Shown piece by piece: positions 56,684 to 64,000 of a DNA stretch of 64,000 nt. A model generated the notes under the pieces. It was not told the DNA's origin, searched no databases, and was given only the letters and a program-made list of their open reading frames with translations. This DNA comes from Kiritimatiellia bacterium (GTDB lineage Bacteria; Verrucomicrobiota; Kiritimatiellia; UBA8416; JADHWI01): the NCBI GenBank assembly GCA_030744755.1, contig JASLPY010000020.1:5209-69208 (forward strand). The letters are read 5' to 3'. A program made the position numbers and the translations under genes. Position 1 is the first letter of the stretch, and the number at the start of each line of letters is the position of its first letter.

Positions 56684-59236
56684 ATGGTGTATGTACTAGT
56701 ATTTTTCTCAGGGCTAGCCGGCCTCATCTATGAGATTCTCTGGATGAAGCAGCTCGGGTTGCTTTTTGGCAACACGTCGCATGCGGCTTCGGCAACCCTT
56801 GCAGCTTTCTTTGCGGGTTTGGCTGCGGGTAGCTGGTTCTGGGGCAGGCGCTCCTCCAGGGCTGCCAATTCACTTCGTGTTTATGCCTGGCTTGAGGCAG
56901 GCATTGCCGTGACTGCGCTGCTCTATTTCGTCATTATCGGTGTCTACTACCGCATCTATCCGTCAGTATATCAGGGTATCGGTTCCGCTTCCCTGTTGCT
57001 GCTCATCAAGTTTGCGCTGGCGCTACTGCTGATCTTCCCGCCGGCTTTCTGCATGGGTGGCACAATACCCGTGATCGCCCAATACGCGGTCAGGCGCCAG
57101 TCTGCATTCGGTACAACGTCCGCGCTGTTGTACGGCATTAATACGCTTGGTGCTGCCACAGGTGCCTGCCTGGCGGGTTTCTTCTTGCCACTCTGGCTTG
57201 GCTTCAGGGTTACCTGTGCGGGTGCCATGATGATTACGGCTGCGGTGGCTGTTGTGGCTTTTGTGTTGTCGCGCAATGTTGTGCCGGCAGAGGGAGACCG
57301 GGGTGCAGCGGACGGCGAGGCCGCCGTCCCTCCCGGGCCTAGCGAGGGAGCATCGGCTCTGTTGACATCGGGCGGAAGGTGGGCTGTGATGCTGGTCTGC
57401 TTTTTGTCTGGTTTCGGGGTGCTGGCGCTGGAGGTCCTCTGGACGAGGATGTTCGCACAGGTCCTGGAGAACTCTGTCTATACCTTTGCGGCGATTCTGG
57501 TCATTGTTCTTCTCTGCCTTGCTGCGGGTGCCTTCATCAGCTCCCGCCTCGCTCGATTGGCAGTTTCCCCTTTCTATCTCCTGGGGCTCCTGACCGTCAT
57601 CAGTGGCATAGCCGTTTCGGCCACCCCTTTTATCTTCATGCGTCTGACCAATTCTTTTCAGATACTGGCCTCGAAGGGTTCATGGTTCGGCTATGTGATG
57701 CTGATCTTCAAGAATGGATTCCTGACCATTGGCCCGCCTGCGTTGCTGCTCGGTACCGTCTTCCCGTTCCTGATGAAGACCGAAGAGCGGTACGCGGTTT
57801 CAGCCGGCAGAACCCTGGGGCGCTTGGCGGCGGTAAACACCGTGGGTGCGATTCTTGGATCGCTGGCGTGCGGATTTGTCTTTCTTGGAACATTGGGCAT
57901 GTGGCGCACGATGCAGCTCATATCCGTGGTCTACCTTGTCGCAGCCCTGGTCCTGCCTCTCGCCTGGGATCTCAAGAGTGTCGTACTCAAAGCTGTCACC
58001 ACGATATTCCTGATTCTGCAGTTTGCGGCTCTCGATCCAACGCAGTTGCCGATAACCAGTGTCGACACCATGCGTCAGCGTGAAGAAATTCTTGAGACCT
58101 GGGAGGCCAGTGACTGTACCGTGGCGGTGGCCCGCGATATGTATGGCTTATCCATCAAGATCAACTCGCACTATGGACTGGGTTCCACCGGCGCATTTAT
58201 GCAGGAGAAACTCCAGGCTGATATTCCGCTTATGATCTATCCACGGACCGAGAGTATCTTCTTTCTTGGTTTAGGAACCGGTATTACTGCCGGGAGCGCG
58301 TTGGACTCCCAATTCGAGAGTGTAAAGAGAGTGGTTGCCTGTGAACTTGTGCCGGAGGTAATTACGGCTGCCAGGAAATACATGACTAACGTCGATGGCT
58401 TCGACTGCACAGGCGGACTTTTCTCGGATCCGCGCGTGACTATCCTCGCCGAGGATGGTCGCCATTACCTGATGGCTACGGAAGACCGTTTCGACATGGT
58501 CAATGGAGACCTGTTTGTTCCCTATCGCTCGGGGGCCGGCAGCCTGTACAGCAAAGAGCATTTCCAGAGTGTGAAGGAGCGGCTTGAACCCGGAGGTGTC
58601 TTTTTTCAGTGGTTGCCTTTGTACCAGGTCACAGAGAACGAATTTTCGATCATAGCCAGGACCATGCTGGAAGTGTTTGACCAGGTCTCTCTCTGGCGCA
58701 ACAACTTCCAGCCCGGGGAGGAGGTCGTTGTGCTGGCAGGTCACGGGGATGATACGCCACTTCCGGCCTGCGCCATTGACGGCAGCGCGGACAAACTGAC
58801 GGCGATTGCCGGCAAGAACCACCGCGATCTGCAACAACTTTCATTGCCGTTCAATTCTCAGACCATCCTGTTTTTCTACTGCGGCAATGTAACCGAAGCG
58901 AGGGAACTTTTTGCCGACTATCCCGTCAACAGTGATGACAGACCCCTGATCGAGTACATGGCGCCACGAACCTATCGCAACAAGACCGATGCCGCGGTTC
59001 CATGGTTTGTGGGGCCGAGAATCGCCAGGTTGGTTGAAGAGATTCAACGTCTCTGTCCACCTGAAAGAGATCCTTTACTGGTCGACAGGACGGATGGGAA
59101 CCGTAGACTCCCAGTTGCCGGGGCAGCTTTTCATCGTGCTCGACTGTGGGAAGTGATTGGCGACGAAGAGGAGTGCCGACAGTCATGGCAGCGGTTTCTT
59201 ACGGAATGGACAGATGAGGGTCAGGTGACTCGGTGA
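56684..59236 (+). CDS. Fused membrane (MFS-like) / spermidine-synthase-like methyltransferase
   Basis: FSGLAGLIYEILW, LYGINTLGA repeated TM blocks; LGLGTGIT, CELVPEV, EDGRHYL, LYSKEHF, NSDDRPLIEY. Confidence 0.88.
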   Translation: MVYVLVFFSGLAGLIYEILWMKQLGLLFGNTSHAASATLAAFFAGLAAGSWFWGRRSSRAANSLRVYAWLEAGIAVTALLYFVIIGVYYRIYPSVYQGIGSASLLLLIKFALALLLIFPPAFCMGGTIPVIAQYAVRRQSAFGTTSALLYGINTLGAATGACLAGFFLPLWLGFRVTCAGAMMITAAVAVVAFVLSRNVVPAEGDRGAADGEAAVPPGPSEGASALLTSGGRWAVMLVCFLSGFGVLALEVLWTRMFAQVLENSVYTFAAILVIVLLCLAAGAFISSRLARLAVSPFYLLGLLTVISGIAVSATPFIFMRLTNSFQILASKGSWFGYVMLIFKNGFLTIGPPALLLGTVFPFLMKTEERYAVSAGRTLGRLAAVNTVGAILGSLACGFVFLGTLGMWRTMQLISVVYLVAALVLPLAWDLKSVVLKAVTTIFLILQFAALDPTQLPITSVDTMRQREEILETWEASDCTVAVARDMYGLSIKINSHYGLGSTGAFMQEKLQADIPLMIYPRTESIFFLGLGTGITAGSALDSQFESVKRVVACELVPEVITAARKYMTNVDGFDCTGGLFSDPRVTILAEDGRHYLMATEDRFDMVNGDLFVPYRSGAGSLYSKEHFQSVKERLEPGGVFFQWLPLYQVTENEFSIIARTMLEVFDQVSLWRNNFQPGEEVVVLAGHGDDTPLPACAIDGSADKLTAIAGKNHRDLQQLSLPFNSQTILFFYCGNVTEARELFADYPVNSDDRPLIEYMAPRTYRNKTDAAVPWFVGPRIARLVEEIQRLCPPERDPLLVDRTDGNRRLPVAGAAFHRARLWEVIGDEEECRQSWQRFLTEWTDEGQVTR

Positions 59237-59283
59237 GGCGGAGATCCTGCAGGGGATGAAGGCACAGCAAAAGAGGTGATGGC

Positions 59284-62200
59284 ATGAGAACACATACTGC
59301 AAGAACGTGGGCTGCATTCAGCTGCGCGGTCCTTTTGGCGACCTGTTCTGTTCACGCAGATGACGTCCTGACCGTCAATTCACCGGTTGAACTCCAAGTC
59401 AACCAACGAAACAAGAAGAATCAGGCAAACGTCACCATTTCAGGCATGATAGAAGGCGCTGTTGACACCATTGAAACCAAAGCCGACTTAAGCCCCGGAA
59501 CAACCCGTGGCAAGTCCGTCGGTTGGACTCTAATCGCGAAAGGTGACGCGATCGACAAAGGGACGTTCACGGGCACGGTACCTCTCGAAGCGGGCGGCTG
59601 GTACGGCATCTCCATTCGTGCAAGTCGAGGCAACAAGGTGGTGGCCGAGGCCAGAATCGCGAAGGTGGGTGTTGGAGATGTGTTTATAACCGCAGGTCAG
59701 TCCAACTCGGCAAACTACGGCAAACCAAGACAAGTGGCCAAGGATGATCGGGTTGTCTATTACAATGGCAAGAGCTTCGTTCCTGCAAGGGATCCCATTC
59801 CCGGCGGATGTGGCGGCGGCGGCAGCGTGTGGCCGATCCTGGGTGACCACATCGTGCAGTCACAAGGAGTTCCGGTCTGTTTTCGATCGGCGTCGCTGAC
59901 ATGGACCCAGGTCAAGAATTGGATGCCTCCGGAAACCAGGTTGTACAAGAATCTTGCCAAATGTGTTGGCGAATTCGAGAAGAACGGGGTTCGCGCTGTC
60001 CTCTGGCATCAAGGGGAATCCGATTCGCTTGCCAAGACCCCCGCCGAGATCTATTGCAGCCGGCTGAAAACGATAATTGATTCGCTCAATAAGGACGCAG
60101 GTTATGAGATTCCGTGGTTTGTGGCACAAGCCTCCTTTCATCCGGGGTCAAAGGAAGCGGAGGAAAAGAAGGTTGCAAGCGGACAGCAGCTCCTCTGGAA
60201 AAGAGGAATAGCTCGCAGGGGTGCTGTTACAGACGATCTTGGGAAAGAGTATCGAAGTGACGGAGTACACTTCAATCAACTCGGCCTGACAACTCATGCC
60301 GAGAGATGGTTCGCGGCATTGGCCGATGAACATGCATGGAAAACAGGTTCATCGAACAAGAGCGCTACAGAAGATAAGGGTACCATGACGAAGAATGATG
60401 AAATACATACCGATGGCATTCTTTTCCATGAGAAGCCTGCGACGAGCTGGGAGAAGGAAGCTTTGCCGTTGGGAAATGGCCGTTTGGGCTGCATGGTCTT
60501 CGGCGGGGTTGGGGAAGAACGTATTCAGTTCAACGTGGACAGTCTCTGGACAGGAGATGAGAACCTGCCCGGAAGCTATAAAGCGCCCGGTATGGGGATG
60601 TATCAGAACTTCGGAGATCTGTACGTGACATTGGATGCCAAGGGCCCGCCGACGAAGTATCGGCGTGAACTGAATATCACCAGGGCTGTGTGTCGAGTTG
60701 CCTACGAGCAGGATGGCACGGAGTTCGTCCGCGAGACATTTTGCAGTTTTCCCGACCAGGTCATGGTTTTCCGGATGACTGCAAGCGCGAAGGGCAAGTA
60801 CTCCGGTAGCATGAGGCTCGTGGGTGGGCATGACGAAAAGACTTCTGCCAAACAGGACAGGCTTACTATCACTGGGAAGCTGGTCAATGGATTAGAGTAC
60901 GAGGCACAGGTTCTCGTTGCTGTCGAGGGTGGAGTGCTCAAAACGGAAGGGGACAACCTGGTTTTCAGCGGGTGCGACAGCCTGACCCTTACCCTTGCGG
61001 CAGGCACAAGCTATATCATGGACTACGCCAGTAAGTGGATGGGCGAGCACCCGCATGCGCTTGTGACAAAGCAGGTGGAGAACGCTTCAAAACAATCCTA
61101 TTCAAAGCTACTGACGGCGCATGTTGAAGATTACCAGTCGCTTTACAACCGTGTGGCTGTCGATTTTGGCAGGAGCGAAGATGCCCAGCTTGCGTTACCG
61201 GTAGAGCAGCGGCTTCAGGCAATCCGGGATGGAAGGGCAGATCCGGATTTCGACGAGCTCCTGTTTCAATACGGTCGCTACTTGTTGATCGCCTGTTCAC
61301 GTCCCGGATCGCTGCCGGCCAATTTGCAGGGGTTGTGGAACGATCGCAACAATCCGCCATGGCATGCGGACTACCATAGCAACATCAATCTGCAGATGAA
61401 CTACTGGCTGGCGGAGTCGGCCAATCTGGCCGAGTGTCACAGGCCTCTTTTTGACCTGCTCACGGCATCGCTTGTACCGTTTCGCAAGGCAACGAAGCTG
61501 GCCTACGGCGACAAAATGCGGGGTTTCACCATTCGGACCTCTCATAACCCGTTTGGCGGGATGGGCTGGAAATGGAACATCCCTGCAAGCGGGTGGTATG
61601 CCCTGCATTTCTGGGAGCATTACGCGTTTGGACGGGACAAGAAGTATCTCGAGACGGTGGCTTATCCGTATCTAAAGGAGGTCTGCCACTACTGGGAAGA
61701 TCACTTGAAAGAGCTTCCCGATGGTCGATTGGTTGCGCCGGAGGGTTGGTCACCGGAACATGGACCGACGGAGGATGGCGTCTCGCATGATCAGCAGATC
61801 ATTTGGGACCTGTTTTCGAATACGATTGAAGCGGCGGCTGAGCTGGGTACTGATGCGGATTACCGCAAAAAGCTGTCAGGAATGAGGAACAGGTTGGTGG
61901 GGCCTAAGATCGGAAAATGGGGACAGCTCCAGGAATGGATGGTGGATCGTGACGACCCCAAAGACCATCACCGACATATCTCACATATGTTCGCAGTGTA
62001 TCCTGGGCGTCAGATATCGTTAAGCAGAACACCAGAGTTTGCAAAGGCAGCGGCGGTGTCGCTGAAGGCACGTGGGGTTGGTACCGTAGTCGGCTGGGCA
62101 AATGCCTGGAAGACGGCTCTGTGGGCTCGGTTGCTGGATGCCGAGATGGCCCACAGTTATTATCACAAGGAAGTCGCTGCCAATGCGTTTCCTAACCTCT

Positions 62201-62577
62201 GGAATGGATGTTGGCCGGGCAGGACGTTCCAGATTGATGGGAACTTCGGCATAACAGCCGGAGCAATTGAGATGCTGCTCCAATCCCATGCCGGCGAAAT
62301 CCATTTGCTGCCGGCCCTGCCGAAGGCCTGGGCGACGGGATCGGTCAAAGGCCTGAGCGCACGCGGCGGATTTGAAGTCGATATTCAGTGGAAAGCCGGG
62401 GAGTTGACGAATGCCGCAATCCGATCAAAAGAAGACAATACCTGCCGGCTTCGCACAACTGTTCCCGTCACGGTCGAGAACCGCGGCAACAAGATTAAGA
62501 CGGATAAGATCGAAGATGGCTTCATTACATTCCCTGTAAAAGAAGCCCGGGAGTACTTGATCGTTCGGGAGCTTTGA
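59284..62577 (+). CDS. Bifunctional SASA esterase - GH95 alpha-L-fucosidase
   Basis: N-terminal part [25 protein letters not shown]; C-terminal part [56 protein letters not shown]. Confidence 0.92.
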   Translation: MRTHTARTWAAFSCAVLLATCSVHADDVLTVNSPVELQVNQRNKKNQANVTISGMIEGAVDTIETKADLSPGTTRGKSVGWTLIAKGDAIDKGTFTGTVPLEAGGWYGISIRASRGNKVVAEARIAKVGVGDVFITAGQSNSANYGKPRQVAKDDRVVYYNGKSFVPARDPIPGGCGGGGSVWPILGDHIVQSQGVPVCFRSASLTWTQVKNWMPPETRLYKNLAKCVGEFEKNGVRAVLWHQGESDSLAKTPAEIYCSRLKTIIDSLNKDAGYEIPWFVAQASFHPGSKEAEEKKVASGQQLLWKRGIARRGAVTDDLGKEYRSDGVHFNQLGLTTHAERWFAALADEHAWKTGSSNKSATEDKGTMTKNDEIHTDGILFHEKPATSWEKEALPLGNGRLGCMVFGGVGEERIQFNVDSLWTGDENLPGSYKAPGMGMYQNFGDLYVTLDAKGPPTKYRRELNITRAVCRVAYEQDGTEFVRETFCSFPDQVMVFRMTASAKGKYSGSMRLVGGHDEKTSAKQDRLTITGKLVNGLEYEAQVLVAVEGGVLKTEGDNLVFSGCDSLTLTLAAGTSYIMDYASKWMGEHPHALVTKQVENASKQSYSKLLTAHVEDYQSLYNRVAVDFGRSEDAQLALPVEQRLQAIRDGRADPDFDELLFQYGRYLLIACSRPGSLPANLQGLWNDRNNPPWHADYHSNINLQMNYWLAESANLAECHRPLFDLLTASLVPFRKATKLAYGDKMRGFTIRTSHNPFGGMGWKWNIPASGWYALHFWEHYAFGRDKKYLETVAYPYLKEVCHYWEDHLKELPDGRLVAPEGWSPEHGPTEDGVSHDQQIIWDLFSNTIEAAAELGTDADYRKKLSGMRNRLVGPKIGKWGQLQEWMVDRDDPKDHHRHISHMFAVYPGRQISLSRTPEFAKAAAVSLKARGVGTVVGWANAWKTALWARLLDAEMAHSYYHKEVAANAFPNLWNGCWPGRTFQIDGNFGITAGAIEMLLQSHAGEIHLLPALPKAWATGSVKGLSARGGFEVDIQWKAGELTNAAIRSKEDNTCRLRTTVPVTVENRGNKIKTDKIEDGFITFPVKEAREYLIVREL

Positions 62578-62770
62578 CATCATCGATATCTGTAACTTTC
62601 CCCAAGGATACATATTCCTTCTGCTAGAGCCGGTGGACCGGGCGTCTCATGGTTCATCTGTTTCCTCACTGGACATGGTCCGATAAGAAGGGCACTGTCA
62701 TTCCTGTCTGGTGCTATACGAACTGCTGGAACGTTGAACTCTTCCTCACCGCCAAATCTGCGGGCCTTAG
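62573..62770 (+). pseudogene. Remnant of a GH2 beta-galactosidase (DUF4982-region fragment)
   Basis: Reads [10 protein letters not shown](+1)KDTYSFC*SRWTGRLMVHLFPHWTW...GTVIPVWCYTNCWNVELFL; one frameshift near 62600 and a stop at 62625-62627. Confidence 0.75.
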
Positions 62771-62836
62771 AGTTGGAACGGTGAAACTTCGGTCTGTTCT
62801 TCATGAGAAAAGCGGGAAATAGACAGGGGCTTTGCT

Positions 62837-63307
62837 GTGACAGATCCAAAAGACTCATACGATCGCGTATTTCAAAGACTGGAGGCGCTCTGCGAGGGTG
62901 AGACTGATCCCATTGCTATCATGGCCACGATTGTCTGCGAGTTGTACCACGCGTTTGATCATTTTAAGTGGGTGGGTTTCTACAGGAATGTTGTTGGTGG
63001 GGACTTGAAGATCGGCCCGTACCAGGGGGGGCATGGCTGCCTCACGATTCCGTTCGACCGCGGAGTCTGCGGCAAGTGCGCGCGTGAGAAGAAGATTCAG
63101 AATGTCCCGGATGTCCTGCAGATACCGCATCACATCGCATGTTCTTCCAGTACCCGCTCCGAGATCGTCGTGCCCGTGCTGGGGAAGGATGGACGGTTGA
63201 TCGCGGTGCTGGACATCGATTCCGATACACCGAATGCTTTCAATGAGACCGACGAGAAGAATCTGCCAAAAGTGTGCAACTGGCTGGAAGCGGCAATTGC
63301 ACAATGA
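62837..63307 (+). CDS. msrC: GAF-domain free methionine-R-sulfoxide reductase
   Basis: WVGFY, IGPYQGGHGC..I...GVCG, HIAC...SEIVVP, VLDIDS. Confidence 0.85.
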   Translation: MTDPKDSYDRVFQRLEALCEGETDPIAIMATIVCELYHAFDHFKWVGFYRNVVGGDLKIGPYQGGHGCLTIPFDRGVCGKCAREKKIQNVPDVLQIPHHIACSSSTRSEIVVPVLGKDGRLIAVLDIDSDTPNAFNETDEKNLPKVCNWLEAAIAQ

Positions 63308-63366
63308 GAAGTCGTACATGTATTGATTTTGATTGGCGCTTTGCTGGGGGACACTGTACACAAGGA

Positions 63367-63681
63367 TCAGGCCGCTTCCGACTTGCTCAGCGGCTTGATT
63401 CTCTGAAGCACCTCTTCTTCACGGCGTTTTGCGTGATACAGATCCCATCGCTGTTGCAGGTTGAGCCAGAACCCGGGAGTCGTGCCAAAGTACTTCCCCA
63501 GGCGTAGCGCTGTACTAGGTGTAATGCCCCGCCGGCCATTAACCAATTCGTTGACCCGCTGATAGGGCACACCAATGCCTTCGGCAAGATGCCTCTGGCT
63601 CAGTCCCATCGGACTGAGAAACTCCTTCAGGAGCATCTCACCCGCATGGGTGGGCTCTCTATGTGTCGGAATGCGAACCAT
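63367..63681 (-). CDS. higA: HigA-family antitoxin (HTH)
   Basis: THAGEMLLKEFL.PMGLSQ..LA, RGITPSTALRL.KYFGT...FWLNLQ; ATG 63681 with SD AGGAGA. Confidence 0.92.
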   Translation of the reverse strand: MVRIPTHREPTHAGEMLLKEFLSPMGLSQRHLAEGIGVPYQRVNELVNGRRGITPSTALRLGKYFGTTPGFWLNLQQRWDLYHAKRREEEVLQRIKPLSKSEAA

Positions 63682-63692
63682 TGCCGATCTCC

Positions 63693-63986
63693 TCAATGAT
63701 AGTCTGCTATTTCAACCGTCTCCGGACCCTCGCTCATCCACGAAAAGCACACTCTATATTGCTGATTAATTCGGATGCTGTGCTGTCCTTTGCGATCTCC
63801 TGACAGGGCCTCAAGTCGATTCCCCGGGGGAACTCGCAGATCCATCAAGGCCTCTGCAGAATCAAGCAAATCGAGCTTGCGCCTTACTATGCTCAAGATA
63901 TCGCTGGGACAAACTTTCCTATCCGCTTTCGTTGATCGACCGTTGAACACATCCTCGGTTCCTGAATCTCGGAAGGAACGAATCAT
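63693..63986 (-). CDS. higB: HigB-family (RelE/ParE) toxin
   Basis: MIRSFRD..TE.VFNG, DLRVPPGNRLEALSGDRKGQHSIRINQQYRVCF.W, VEIADYH; upstream of the antitoxin. Confidence 0.93.
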   Translation of the reverse strand: MIRSFRDSGTEDVFNGRSTKADRKVCPSDILSIVRRKLDLLDSAEALMDLRVPPGNRLEALSGDRKGQHSIRINQQYRVCFSWMSEGPETVEIADYH

Positions 63987-64000
63987 GACAGCATACTAGC

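Overview
GC-rich 64-kb window that looks like a PVC-superphylum bacterium (Kiritimatiellota/Lentisphaerota-like; inferred from the DUF1549/1553-DUF1501-PPC operon, an HzsA-like cytochrome, a PQQ-propeller/methyltransferase fusion and abundant sulfatases). Most genes serve degradation of sulfated/acetylated, fucose-containing glycans: five SASA/CE6-type esterases, two sulfatases, GH38, GH63-like, GH110, a SASA-GH95 fusion and a GH29/GHL6-like enzyme. It also holds two giant acidic Calx-beta surface proteins, a two-component pair, a C69 peptidase, msrC and higBA. Most notable: (1) a ~410-420 bp non-coding element in two copies (13691-14100, 32140-32560) that folds into a four-way junction with several compensatory base changes, whose core is flipped relative to its flanks, and which lies next to XerC/XerD (dif)-like arms, including one complete 28-bp dif-like site; (2) a response regulator whose output domain has HEPN RNase motifs; (3) a shared short C-terminal G-x-hydrophobic-R tail on both surface proteins; (4) several in-frame deletion chimeras and gene remnants; (5) several GTAG-type REP doublets. 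All family calls come from motif recognition by eye, not database searches.
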